From IMG/VR virus record IMGVR_UViG_3300021356_000002: DNA of 64,000 bases; one strand, 5' to 3'. Position 1 is the first letter of the stretch. Each line of letters begins with the position of its first letter. The position numbers were made by a program, and so were the translations under genes. Below are positions 45,671 to 55,241 of this stretch, one piece after another. This stretch comes from a virus. The notes beneath the pieces were generated by a model. That model worked only from the letters and a program-made list of their open reading frames with translations, made no database searches and was not told the origin of the DNA.

Positions 45671-46298
45671 ATTCTCTCTCCATTCCCAAAACGTTTGTCA
45701 TCACGTCTTTACTTCTCTCGTTTTTCAACTGACCTTCGCAGTAATCTATTTTGCCCTGCTCATGCGACATTAGCGCAAACTCATTGATAAGCGGATCGCC
45801 CATGTCTAGATGTTCGAACCAAGCGTTTGCCATGAGATAACCTATGTTACAAACTTGTTCGATATCGCTTTCGTTGTTAGTAGCACCCATGACAATCATG
45901 TTGTCACTAAAAAAGTTTGCCCATTCAGGCAACTCGCGCTTACGTGCTGGTTCAAAATTTCGTGTGATGTTTTTCCACACGCTGTCAATCTTATTTTTTG
46001 AACCAGTTGGCGACATGTCATGAAAACAACCCGTCACTTTCTTTTCACCGCAGATAACATCAAAGCCATAAATGGGCATAGGATATTGCGGGCTAGCAAA
46101 AAAGGCTGTGTGCATCATCCACAAGCCTCTTTCCTCTCTAAGATCAACAACAGACGTGTGAGCCATCTCACACCGAACAGAACTGTAGAATTTGTTTATG
46201 TGATTAGGATGCCAAGGTCCTCGCTCTTCGGGCGAGCCACATTGACTTTTACATAAGTCATCAAGATCATTGGTTAACTCGATAAACTTATTCCACAT
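45633..46298 (-). CDS. Ferredoxin-dependent bilin reductase (PcyA/PcyX-like)
   Basis: AHTSVVD...GLWMMH..FF.....PIYGFDVI.G..KVTGCFHDMSP, RELPEWANFFS, YC..Q.KN; His88 and Asp105 equivalents present, Glu76 equivalent absent. Confidence 0.88.
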   Translation of the reverse strand: MWNKFIELTNDLDDLCKSQCGSPEERGPWHPNHINKFYSSVRCEMAHTSVVDLREERGLWMMHTAFFASPQYPMPIYGFDVICGEKKVTGCFHDMSPTGSKNKIDSVWKNITRNFEPARKRELPEWANFFSDNMIVMGATNNESDIEQVCNIGYLMANAWFEHLDMGDPLINEFALMSHEQGKIDYCEGQLKNERSKDVMTNVLGMEREYVERFKRIQFPY

Positions 46299-46818
46299 TT
46301 TTTATCCTTTCTAGTTCTTCCATCAACTTGATTTGATAACGGAAGCCTTCTTTGACTTGCTCTACGTCAAGTTCTAGTTCGCGAATGTTTTTAATACACT
46401 CTTGTCTCGACTCAAACTTATATATGTTTCCTGGAGTCGGCACTCCTTTCGACACAATACTGCCACCAAACATCATGCCAAGATAGTTGAGATACATGTG
46501 CGAGTTTTTTTCTGCATCACGCCATTCATCAACGCCCAAAATGTAGTCAGCATAATAGCAAGCCGAGTAAGGAGTAATCAAGCGCGAAGGTCTCTTGCCT
46601 AGAGAAAGCAAATCTTTTTCGATGGCTTCACAGCGATAGAGTGCATCGTTCGGAATACGATATTCGAAATGATTTTCCATAGCGTCAAAGATTACATACT
46701 GCGCATTCAAGTACCGAACGTAATCGTCTTCGTCATAGTCACCATTGACAAGACGTTGTGAAAACGTTGTCTCTTCTACTTGATCGTGCAACTCTTTAGT
46801 CGCTTCTTTAATATTCAC
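46288..46818 (-). CDS. Heme oxygenase (HemO/Ho1-like)
   Basis: IKEATKELHDQVE proximal His motif, Y..YL..QY.IF..ME, HMYLNYLGMMFGG distal helix; adjacent to the bilin reductase. Confidence 0.88.
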   Translation of the reverse strand: MNIKEATKELHDQVEETTFSQRLVNGDYDEDDYVRYLNAQYVIFDAMENHFEYRIPNDALYRCEAIEKDLLSLGKRPSRLITPYSACYYADYILGVDEWRDAEKNSHMYLNYLGMMFGGSIVSKGVPTPGNIYKFESRQECIKNIRELELDVEQVKEGFRYQIKLMEELERIKNVE

Positions 46819-47750
46819 TCAACACCCCAATTCGTCACTAGCTTCATGCCGTAGTTGTTCACACCCTTCGGCACTTCGATCCCTTCTTTAAATGCCAACT
46901 TGTTCTTCTTGAAAGAATCATAGTTCACGTGATGGTGCCAGCGACCGTATCGCCACACCATCTTTGCCACGTCAGGATGCATGTCAACGAGCATCTGTGA
47001 CTTAGCGACAGTACCGACCACATTGTATCTATCTTTTACTTCAAGTAGATCATCCGCTTTGAGTGCTTCGCCAGTTTTAGGATCGTAGCCAACTTCTTTG
47101 TGATAGAACTCAGCAGAGTTACCACCCTTGACAGTCTGCGTTGCGGCTTTGCCTTGTAGAAACGCATTGAACTGTACGGTGCAGTCACCGTCTTTGAGAA
47201 CGCGCAGACAGATATCGGTGTCTTCGTTGTAACGACCACGCCAGCGGTGCTTGCAATCGTTCTCGATCAGTAGACACGAATAGATGCGCGTGTTCGCCAC
47301 ATAAGGCGGATACTTTTGATTAGGTGCGCAGAAGAATCGATACTGAGGACCAGCGATCTTCACATTAGTGTATCGATCAACAAAGTCTTCCATCACACGA
47401 AAGCAGACACCAGACTCGACACGAATACGCACGTTTTTATGCAGACGATAAAAGTCTTGAATATTGTCATCAAGAACCCAGTGACGCTTTGCACCAAGTT
47501 CTATTGAGTGATCCCAACACCAGTTTCTAGCCCGCCCAGGACCGTCACCGTGATTAGAGAAAGGTGCAACCAGTAGAGTAACAAACTCCCGTATCCCAAA
47601 ATTGTCCAGTGCTTGTTCGTAATCTGCTTCATCTTGTGGCTCAATTGCAATGTAGTGTGGTACTTTCATACGCGCCAACGAGCGCGATGTAAACATCGAC
47701 TCGTGACGCCCTTTCGAAATAATGTAAACAGGATATCTTGGATTAGTCAT
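46815..47750 (-). CDS. TAGT/GREB1-like GT-A glycosyltransferase
   Basis: YPVYIISKGR, EPQD...Y, GPGRARNWCWDHS, HWVLDDNI, RIYSCLLI, WRGRYNEDTD, T..GGN, RWHHHVNY. Confidence 0.7.
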   Translation of the reverse strand: MTNPRYPVYIISKGRHESMFTSRSLARMKVPHYIAIEPQDEADYEQALDNFGIREFVTLLVAPFSNHGDGPGRARNWCWDHSIELGAKRHWVLDDNIQDFYRLHKNVRIRVESGVCFRVMEDFVDRYTNVKIAGPQYRFFCAPNQKYPPYVANTRIYSCLLIENDCKHRWRGRYNEDTDICLRVLKDGDCTVQFNAFLQGKAATQTVKGGNSAEFYHKEVGYDPKTGEALKADDLLEVKDRYNVVGTVAKSQMLVDMHPDVAKMVWRYGRWHHHVNYDSFKKNKLAFKEGIEVPKGVNNYGMKLVTNWGVE

Positions 47751-48081
47751 CGTTATCCTCAATCCAACGCATGAGTGCGTTTTTGGTAATCTCTAATCGA
47801 GGATGCCAAATCGATTTTGTCTTTCCCGATAGAGGTTGCTCGATCAACTTTGCAAACTCTTCGTAGTCTTCTTTGGTACGAAAGTGTACGTTGATCGTCT
47901 TGTAGGGTTTGTTGTCTTCTTGCTCAAACTCAGGCATGCCCTGCCAGTGTTCTTGCCACGGCTCTTCGAAGATTGCATCTTCATCTTCGCCAAGAAACTC
48001 TGCTAGAGTAGCAGGTCGATTGTCTTGCTCTTTCTTACCGATAAAATTATCGTATACAGTTTTTTCTTCAACGTTTGCCAT
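47743..48081 (-). CDS. Small acidic partner of the TAGT-like GT
   Basis: WQGMPEFEQED...VHFRT.EDY..FA.LI.Q....KTKSIWHP; probable start MANVEE. Confidence 0.65.
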   Translation of the reverse strand: MANVEEKTVYDNFIGKKEQDNRPATLAEFLGEDEDAIFEEPWQEHWQGMPEFEQEDNKPYKTINVHFRTKEDYEEFAKLIEQPLSGKTKSIWHPRLEITKNALMRWIEDNDD

Positions 48082-48751
48082 TTTTTCTACGTTGCCTCGC
48101 TTCATACTTCTCAATAGTTTCTATCAAGGGTTTTGTCCAGTTATCACGATGTTCGATAAAGACTTGTGGCTGTTCATCATCAACTGCAATCAATGTAACC
48201 AGTTGTGTGATGGGTATGCCAGTTCTTTCTTCGAACATTATAGCATATGCAGACTCTTGCATAAAGTAGTTTTCGATATATTTTTTCTGCTTAAGTTTGC
48301 GTGATGTCTTGAAATCAATGATCGACAACACACCATCAAACTCAGCAACACAGTCAACTCGACCAGCAACTCTCAAGTGATGAGAGAACATCGGAACTTC
48401 TTGTGCGTATATCTTACCTATACGTGTATCTAGGATTTTTTTCAGAGGTAGAAAATTGTCAATGATGTTAAGAGGATATTTCTCTTTGTAGTCTTCGACG
48501 TTGTTGAGATAGTCTTCAACGATAGCATGAACAGCCGTGCCGCGTTTAGAGGCTCGTGATGATATACGATTAGCCTCTTCTTCACCGACACGTCTGCGCC
48601 ACGCTTGAATGGCGTCTTGTGACAGAATCGAAAGAACAGTAGTAATAGACGGATACTTTACGCCGTCTGGTGTTTCGTATAATCTGCCAGATTCACTCGT
48701 GTTAGACTCTAGGTCGTCATAACCTAAGTCTACACCAACATGTTCAAACAT
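48068..48751 (-). CDS. Cas4-like PD-(D/E)XK exonuclease
   Basis: R.Y.TPDG.KYPSITTVL, RGT.VH, AGRVDC, IIDFKTS, YFMQ..AYA. Confidence 0.88.
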   Translation of the reverse strand: MFEHVGVDLGYDDLESNTSESGRLYETPDGVKYPSITTVLSILSQDAIQAWRRRVGEEEANRISSRASKRGTAVHAIVEDYLNNVEDYKEKYPLNIIDNFLPLKKILDTRIGKIYAQEVPMFSHHLRVAGRVDCVAEFDGVLSIIDFKTSRKLKQKKYIENYFMQESAYAIMFEERTGIPITQLVTLIAVDDEQPQVFIEHRDNWTKPLIETIEKYEARQRRKNGKR

Positions 48752-49500
48752 TATTTTGCCTTGCGTTGCATCGCTTCTTGTGCACGTCTCTGCTTACGAT
48801 TGAGTGGTGCAGTGTCGATAGGGACTTGCATTCCACGACCGTCGCTGATATCGCTCACATCATTGCGAGTCTGTGTTGCTGATAACTTATCATTATACAC
48901 TTTCACTTCAACGTTGTCAAGCTTGGGTATTTTCAGGCTGTCGTGGTTGTGATGGAGAACAAACTTGGTGTTCTTGAACTCACGGAAGATATCTCTCCAG
49001 ATCGGACGCCAGTTGTTTAGTAGACGATAGTTGTTAGTGTCACCACGATCACTAGACAGCACCAAGTCTGTCACGCTCCGCATGTTGAAATCGAAGATGG
49101 TATCGAATCCATACATATGAATCTCATCTGCTTTGTGCTTGTTTGCCGCGTAGTGAACTGCCATGTGACCACAGTTAAAGTTGGTCGCATTGCCCGCATA
49201 CTTAGGCACGTGAGTATAGAATTCACGAACACGATTGGCATACTTCAGATAAAATGTGCTTCGCTCGTACATCCAGATTCGAGGGCGAGTGCCGAGTACC
49301 CATTCATACTGATCAAGTTTGATCGAGCCTTCGGTCAAAGCCATCATCATCTTAAAGTCAACCATGCATGTTGCGTAGACTTCTTTAGGATCCATTTCGA
49401 ACGGAGGCATGTTACATAGCAGTTTCATACCCTCGCGTTTTTCGCGAGTGTAGTAGTGTGCCTTGTCACCGTTTCCTAATACATGAATTACTTTACTCAT
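48751..49500 (-). CDS. Putative glycosyltransferase, Maf/GT29/GT42-like Rossmann type
   Basis: IHVLGNG, CN, VD, NCGHMAVHYA, EIHMYGFD. Confidence 0.5.
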   Translation of the reverse strand: MSKVIHVLGNGDKAHYYTREKREGMKLLCNMPPFEMDPKEVYATCMVDFKMMMALTEGSIKLDQYEWVLGTRPRIWMYERSTFYLKYANRVREFYTHVPKYAGNATNFNCGHMAVHYAANKHKADEIHMYGFDTIFDFNMRSVTDLVLSSDRGDTNNYRLLNNWRPIWRDIFREFKNTKFVLHHNHDSLKIPKLDNVEVKVYNDKLSATQTRNDVSDISDGRGMQVPIDTAPLNRKQRRAQEAMQRKAK

Positions 49501-50161
49501 TATACATTTTCTTCCGTATCACGTCATTGCCTTTTTGACCAGTCCAATGCATAGCCAACTTTTTAGGAGAATCTTCGCCGTCGATGATTTGAATGCGAAG
49601 CCAATTGTATATATTTGGTATGTCCGAGATGTGTGTCAGTCGCATCAAAGGGTTGAGATTCACAATGCTGTGTAACACTTCTTGATCTCCGACATTAGGC
49701 TTACCACGACACTCGTTAGCCCACTTATGCAACATTGCTGGCTTACCACGAATTGCTATAACGCCAGAGTTGTGCCACTTTTCGCCTCGACGCTTGCTCC
49801 AAGGCTTGTCTTCGACCATACCAATCTTGTTATCTTCAACGTACTTAAAAATGCCAGACATGTCGCCTAGCACTTCGATGTCAGTATCAATCCAACACGT
49901 CTCTACACAAGGAGAGGCTAGCATCGCAGTTGGCTTATAAAACCAACCACCAACACGTTGTTTCGGAATCTCGATAATGTCAGCAAAGGCACTTACTTGC
50001 CAAATCCAAGATCGCATCTCTTCGCTAACACCAAAGTCAGCAAATACAATTGGCGTCTTGTTATGCTTAAGATAGTTCTCTAAGAACCACTTAAGTTGCC
50101 ATTCAGTCTTTTCATCACATCCCGTGATAAAACATCGCTCATTAGACGGTAAGGATTTCAT
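49493..50161 (-). CDS. GT-A glycosyltransferase (GT8-like)
   Basis: W..KP, CWIDTD, NSGV, GDQEVL, YNW, HWTG. Confidence 0.75.
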   Translation of the reverse strand: MKSLPSNERCFITGCDEKTEWQLKWFLENYLKHNKTPIVFADFGVSEEMRSWIWQVSAFADIIEIPKQRVGGWFYKPTAMLASPCVETCWIDTDIEVLGDMSGIFKYVEDNKIGMVEDKPWSKRRGEKWHNSGVIAIRGKPAMLHKWANECRGKPNVGDQEVLHSIVNLNPLMRLTHISDIPNIYNWLRIQIIDGEDSPKKLAMHWTGQKGNDVIRKKMYNE

Positions 50162-50786
50162 AGCCACCATTATAGCCGTGCTTTGCAACACAGCCCTCTA
50201 GTCGTTGAATTGTAGTAAACGTTTCTTTTACAACCACTGGCCAAGGGTAATACTCTTCAAGCCAAGGGAAGTAATCTGCGTTCAAGTAAATGTCAGTAGG
50301 TCTAGCATCTGTCTTTGCTCGATGCAATAAAGTCTTAGCACCAACAGGCTTAAGACGATAAGCATGAGCACCAGGAAAGTATCTTTTACTTGACAGTGGT
50401 CCAACACCAATTTTCATCGGCGTTTCGAATCGTCCATAGCTAGGAGCACCCAATGAAATACACCCTTGATACGGTATAAACTTTGGAATGTTGTTAGTAC
50501 ATACTGCGTCATGCTCAAAGATTTGGTACTCAGTCTTTTCTTCGTAGCACTTCTCCCATAACGAGTGATGAGAAAGAAAGGCTGATACACAGTTTTCGAT
50601 GCGTGAGTATCCCTCTTTGAATAGATCGATCGGTATGCCCTTTTTCTCTGCAATCTTAAACGGATTGTCTTTTGGCGTGATTGCAGGAAACATCTCAATG
50701 TTGTACTCAGGCATTGAGTCGATGCACCGTTGTGCACTCTCAACAGACCTTGGCTCAGACATAATTGTAATTACGTATGATTTCAA
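50142..50786 (-). CDS. GT25-like glycosyltransferase
   Basis: YVITI, FLSHHSLW, IFEHDA, GAHAY.L.P.GA..L. Confidence 0.75.
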   Translation of the reverse strand: MKSYVITIMSEPRSVESAQRCIDSMPEYNIEMFPAITPKDNPFKIAEKKGIPIDLFKEGYSRIENCVSAFLSHHSLWEKCYEEKTEYQIFEHDAVCTNNIPKFIPYQGCISLGAPSYGRFETPMKIGVGPLSSKRYFPGAHAYRLKPVGAKTLLHRAKTDARPTDIYLNADYFPWLEEYYPWPVVVKETFTTIQRLEGCVAKHGYNGGYEILTV

Positions 50787-51574
50787 AATATCATTCTCAC
50801 TTTTTCTCGGTCAACTTTTCTAACAGACCTTGAAAGACCAGCACCACCATCGTAGTGTTTCCATCGATGATGACTTGTGCCATCAACCATAATTTGCCAC
50901 CAACCAAACTCTGCGGCTAGCAGTTTCTTTTCTTTATGTAGCGTTTGCACAAACTCGCTATTCCAATCGTCTCTTCGATGTATTATCAGACCTTGATCTT
51001 GAAACATGTCAAAGCATATCGGCGCGTCAATCGTGCCATCAGGTCTTCGATGTTTGATATGCGGCGCATGAGTGCCGTGATCTTCGCCTATGTGCAAAAG
51101 ATCATCCCAATAATCTGATCGTGTGTTTATAGAAATTACACAGGAGTTATTATAGCATTCTTTTGCATACGATGTAAAGTCTATTAGAGGCGAAACCCAC
51201 GTGTCCCATCTAACACGAACAATCACATCATACTTTGATCCGTGTAACTGCATAAGATGATCATGCAGTAGCATCTGCTTTGTTTGGTGCAGATGCCGTT
51301 CGTTTGGATTCTTCAGTTTTTTCTTGTATTGATAATGTTCGCTGGCGGTAGGATTATCTAGATATGGACTGTAGTGAATATCAAAGTTAGGTATCTTTTC
51401 TAAATCACCCAGTGAGATCGTATTCAGCAGTCTTCGATGTTGCTCAACTTCATAGTCCCATACCAAATACTTAAACTCCGCAGTGGGAAATCCATTCTCT
51501 AAAAGGTCGAGACAATATCTTGCGTCATCGAAATCATTTCGAATTTGACCTGTAACGAAGACGCCTATTTTCAT
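50783..51574 (-). CDS. Putative glycosyltransferase-like protein (paralog of 55238-55978)
   Basis: MKIGVFVTGQIR, HQTKQMLLH, YDVIVRVRWD, L.AEFGWWQ. Confidence 0.5.
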   Translation of the reverse strand: MKIGVFVTGQIRNDFDDARYCLDLLENGFPTAEFKYLVWDYEVEQHRRLLNTISLGDLEKIPNFDIHYSPYLDNPTASEHYQYKKKLKNPNERHLHQTKQMLLHDHLMQLHGSKYDVIVRVRWDTWVSPLIDFTSYAKECYNNSCVISINTRSDYWDDLLHIGEDHGTHAPHIKHRRPDGTIDAPICFDMFQDQGLIIHRRDDWNSEFVQTLHKEKKLLAAEFGWWQIMVDGTSHHRWKHYDGGAGLSRSVRKVDREKVRMIF

Positions 51575-52281
51575 AACGTTGTAGTCGATTCAACGCCTTG
51601 CACTTTTGTGTTGAACATCGTAACAATGCCGAGTTTCTTAGGCATTAGCTGGCGGCACATAATTGCATCGTTTGGCCATGCACCATACTCCGATACAAGT
51701 TTAAGAAGTTTACGTGCTCCTTCTGGTTTAATGAAGTATGCAGAGTTGCCAGGCAGACCTTGAGGAATTTGATCTTGATCAATCTTAGGCACAGGCACAA
51801 CTTTCTCGGGCAGTCTCAACTTAACTGCTTGGTAGTATTCGCTAGATTTGCGAGTAGCACCACGAGGATCATTTAATGCAATAATGTCAAAAGAACTCTC
51901 GTTTAACATAGTCACGTCTACTCGCTCAATGAACTCTGCATCGTGTTCGAAGATAAACATACCCTCTTCATTTTTTGCACACATTTTCCACAAAAGATAG
52001 TGCGACAAAAAACAGGCAATACGTTTCTCTGATACGGCGGTGACGTAAGGATGTTTCCATAGTCCTGTTTGCATGTCAAGCACAGGTTCCGTTAGTGGAT
52101 AGTTCCACTTGAGATTGTGCAACTGCATCAGAGAAATTACTCGCTCGGGAATAATGCCATAGAACTTAATAGGTTCGAACTCATTATTTACTGCTCGGGA
52201 AGATTCGATAAGTTTTTCAGCGCAAGACTCTGACAGGTCATTGCCTTGTAACGTGATCACATATGCATCATTCATTTCCAA
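51571..52281 (-). CDS. GT25-like glycosyltransferase
   Basis: AYVITL, IACFLSHYLLW, IFEHDA, GNSAYFIKPEGARKL. Confidence 0.78.
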   Translation of the reverse strand: MEMNDAYVITLQGNDLSESCAEKLIESSRAVNNEFEPIKFYGIIPERVISLMQLHNLKWNYPLTEPVLDMQTGLWKHPYVTAVSEKRIACFLSHYLLWKMCAKNEEGMFIFEHDAEFIERVDVTMLNESSFDIIALNDPRGATRKSSEYYQAVKLRLPEKVVPVPKIDQDQIPQGLPGNSAYFIKPEGARKLLKLVSEYGAWPNDAIMCRQLMPKKLGIVTMFNTKVQGVESTTTL

Positions 52282-52787
52282 GTCTTCTCTCGTGAATTAG
52301 ATTTAGGGAACTGAGATAACTTCGTTTCAATCCCAAGAAAGTCTGTAACTTTGCTTACAGGATCGCCACCAATAATATCAAGAATCAACAAGTCATCGGG
52401 TCGATCACTGAAATAGTTTCGAACGTCTTGATCATGGCGCTCGTACGCTTTCCCGTACGTCTCACGATCCCAGTCTACGCTTCCGTACACCTGTCTGCGA
52501 ATCTCTAACTGCGCCGATGCTTGATTGACACGTCCTTTCTTTCGAAGAAAGTATGGCTCTACTGCATCGACCCAGTTATCACGAACCGTATAAATGAACT
52601 TAGACTTAGGAAACATCTTATCGAGTTTCTTATAATGTAGTACAACGGGTATGTCGCTTGCACCGTCGCCAAAGCCACCGAACAGTTGTGTCTCATTCGG
52701 ATAGTGTAGAATGTTATAGCCACAGCGAGCCATAAAATCGCTGAAGCTTGTAGTGCCTGTACGAGACAAGCCGATACAATAGATCAT
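52272..52787 (-). CDS. Sulfotransferase family protein
   Basis: IGLSRTGTTS PAPS-binding loop, SKFIYTVRD, V..YF..R..DLL; probable start MIYCIG. Confidence 0.78.
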   Translation of the reverse strand: MIYCIGLSRTGTTSFSDFMARCGYNILHYPNETQLFGGFGDGASDIPVVLHYKKLDKMFPKSKFIYTVRDNWVDAVEPYFLRKKGRVNQASAQLEIRRQVYGSVDWDRETYGKAYERHDQDVRNYFSDRPDDLLILDIIGGDPVSKVTDFLGIETKLSQFPKSNSREKTWK

Positions 52788-53629
52788 CGAATCATTACGC
52801 CGTTTTGCATTTGTGTCCATTCAGTCTTGGGTCGATTCGCAACTGTCCAGTGCCATTTGTCAGACTGATTATCAGCACCTCTCATTTGAATGTGCACGAA
52901 CTTAGTATTCTTTGTTTTAGAATCAACAGCAAGTCGAGCAAACCCAGAACCGTTGTCGTATGGATCCCATGTGATACAGCGATTCCATTCGGTGTCTATC
53001 TCAACGAAGTCAATGTCCATAGATGTTGCCATTGCATGTAGATAACCCTGATCAGTGCCATACACTTTGCCACCACAGATAGGATCACGATCAACTAATT
53101 GAACGTACTCTTGAAACGGCTTAAACTGTTCACGGCATTTGCGTAGACCAGCATTAGAGTATAACACAACACCTGAGTTGAATACAAGTAGGCGATTTTT
53201 ATCGTCGCGCGGCAAATCACAGCCGTACTTTTCTGTCACCAGTTTAGCCCAGTGTTCTTCGGTTTTCGAATTGCACTGCTTGTTCAGTTTTTTGTCGTAC
53301 CGATACTGAGGCTGTAAAGGCTCTTGACCCATGCCTAGTTCACCAGTAAATGATTCGAAAACGTTTTCTTCTAGTCCATCGACTGGAAATATATCAGTAT
53401 CGCAAAACAGAATATTATCGTAATCAAGATATTTGTCGTCGAAGACAGGCTTGAAACATCCATAATAAGGGGTTACTCTTCCTAATCCATACTTCTTACC
53501 GAACTGTGCATTTCTATCGAACACATACTCAGCACCAATTCGCTCTGCATATTCGCGCATACAGTCAGAGCCGTACTGTGCGCTAGGTCGAACATTGCCG
53601 TCCCAATACTGATAAATTACATTCTTCAT
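52784..53629 (-). CDS. GT-A glycosyltransferase
   Basis: YA..IGAEY, YDNILFCDTDIF, FNSGVVL, DQGYL, WN, FVH. Confidence 0.7.
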   Translation of the reverse strand: MKNVIYQYWDGNVRPSAQYGSDCMREYAERIGAEYVFDRNAQFGKKYGLGRVTPYYGCFKPVFDDKYLDYDNILFCDTDIFPVDGLEENVFESFTGELGMGQEPLQPQYRYDKKLNKQCNSKTEEHWAKLVTEKYGCDLPRDDKNRLLVFNSGVVLYSNAGLRKCREQFKPFQEYVQLVDRDPICGGKVYGTDQGYLHAMATSMDIDFVEIDTEWNRCITWDPYDNGSGFARLAVDSKTKNTKFVHIQMRGADNQSDKWHWTVANRPKTEWTQMQNGVMIR

Positions 53630-54561
53630 GAGTAATGCTCCATGTACCATTTTACAAAGTTGTCAACACCCTCTTCGATTGGCGTAGAAGGATTGTAACC
53701 AAGTTTCTGAAGTTTTGTTGTGTCGCTCCAGGTCTCTGTCGCATCAGCGGGATGCTTAGGTCCATAGTTCTTATTAGCCTTTTTGCCCAACGATGTTTCG
53801 ATAGCAGTAACAAATCGCTCAAGTTCAACCTGCTTACCGTAGCCAATATTGTACATGTCACGAGGCGTCATGTTATTGGCAACAAGCCAGATGCCCTGCA
53901 CAATGTCATCGATGTACGTAAAGTCACGCTTCATGTCACCGTAGTTAAACAGAGTGATTTCATTACCTGCCAGAATGTTCTTCGTAAAGTCAAACAGAGC
54001 CATGTCAGGTCTTCCCCACGGACCATACACAGTAAAGAATCTCATGCCAACAGCGTTCGGAATCTTAGAGATCGCAAACTGCGACTCGTTGATGCACTTT
54101 GTATAGCCATACGGATTGATCTGCTGATACAGATAGTCATCTTCTTTCCATGGTAATGGATTGCCGTGCATCACACAAGACGTAGAAGCATAGATGACGT
54201 TTTCAACACCAGCCTCTTCACAAGCCTTAATCAAGTTCAAAGAACCCGTCACGTTGTTATCAACGTACTCTTGAGGATTGTCCATCGAGTATCGAACGCC
54301 TGCCATGGCACCAAGATGCACTACTAGATCAGGCTTAACGTCTTTTATCCAGTCTGAGAAATCGTCGAGATTTTTTAGATCCATATTACGACAAATGATG
54401 CCGTGATCAACATTCAGTTTACCTGCTCGCTTCATCTTTAGCGAGGGATCATAGTATGAATTAAAATTATCAAAGCCAGTTACGAAATGTCCGGCTTGCT
54501 TGAAATGAACAGCAGTATGAAATCCAATAAAACCTGCCATTCCTGTAATCATTACTTTCAT
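53626..54561 (-). CDS. NAD-dependent nucleotide-sugar epimerase (UDP-glucuronate 4-epimerase-like)
   Basis: ITGMAGFIG, HLGAMAGVRYS, YGYTK, RFFTVYGPWGRPDMA, RDFTYIDDIV. Confidence 0.92.
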   Translation of the reverse strand: MKVMITGMAGFIGFHTAVHFKQAGHFVTGFDNFNSYYDPSLKMKRAGKLNVDHGIICRNMDLKNLDDFSDWIKDVKPDLVVHLGAMAGVRYSMDNPQEYVDNNVTGSLNLIKACEEAGVENVIYASTSCVMHGNPLPWKEDDYLYQQINPYGYTKCINESQFAISKIPNAVGMRFFTVYGPWGRPDMALFDFTKNILAGNEITLFNYGDMKRDFTYIDDIVQGIWLVANNMTPRDMYNIGYGKQVELERFVTAIETSLGKKANKNYGPKHPADATETWSDTTKLQKLGYNPSTPIEEGVDNFVKWYMEHYS

Positions 54562-55241
54562 TCAAGTATTCCTTGCGATACTAATTTTCTATAGTTCAAA
54601 ATCTTGTCTTGTTTTGGCGATGGTCTGCCGGGCGTGTTCTTCATCTTACGCCTTACGTGGATTATATATCCATCACTTACGTTCTCTTCAAACGACGACC
54701 GATTCCACTTGTCTTCGTCGAGATAGACATCAGGCGTTTCTTTGAGATTTGCTTTGATAGCGAGACGATGCATGATGCCTTCGTCTTCGTAGTTGTTATT
54801 AAAATGATCCATCTCCCAGTCTACCATGTGCACTCGGAGTTTCTTGCGAATGTCTTTGTCTAGACGATAGATGGATCCACCCCAATATGGATATCTGGTG
54901 TCACCAAGTAAAGGGAATCTTTGAAAGAGTTTCTGTCGTAGCGAAGGCTGAATGCCAAAGTGACGACCAATGCCTGTATCGTCAGTGAAGATGTTCTTTG
55001 TCATACCCTTGCGAGTAAACATGTCGATGTCCATCATGACGACCATATCGTACTCATCGAACTGCGAGTCAAGCATTATCATCTTTTGGCATGGTGCTGA
55101 TAGATGTTTTCTAAACACGTTACCAGATATCAACTGGTAGTCTGCACCGCATAACTTAGCATACTCTTCGATGTTTGCTTTTGAACGTTCTTCTAGTTCA
55201 CCTAGAGGTCCTGTCCAGTGCTGTAGTATGATCTTCTTCAT
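54558..55241 (-). CDS. GT-A glycosyltransferase
   Basis: YAKLCGADY, YDMVVMMDIDMF, DEGIM, WN, IIH; resembles 52784-53629. Confidence 0.62.
   Translation of the reverse strand: MKKIILQHWTGPLGELEERSKANIEEYAKLCGADYQLISGNVFRKHLSAPCQKMIMLDSQFDEYDMVVMMDIDMFTRKGMTKNIFTDDTGIGRHFGIQPSLRQKLFQRFPLLGDTRYPYWGGSIYRLDKDIRKKLRVHMVDWEMDHFNNNYEDEGIMHRLAIKANLKETPDVYLDEDKWNRSSFEENVSDGYIIHVRRKMKNTPGRPSPKQDKILNYRKLVSQGILE

Noticed and set aside
45633-46818. Calling this a cyanophage because of the bilin genes
   Set aside because: The reductase looks PcyX-like rather than PebS or canonical PcyA, and no psbA, hli, petF or cpeT is visible in the window; the host remains unresolved
48068-48751. Cas4-like gene as evidence of CRISPR-Cas
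   Set aside because: A stand-alone nuclease common in T4-like phages; no array or other cas genes seen
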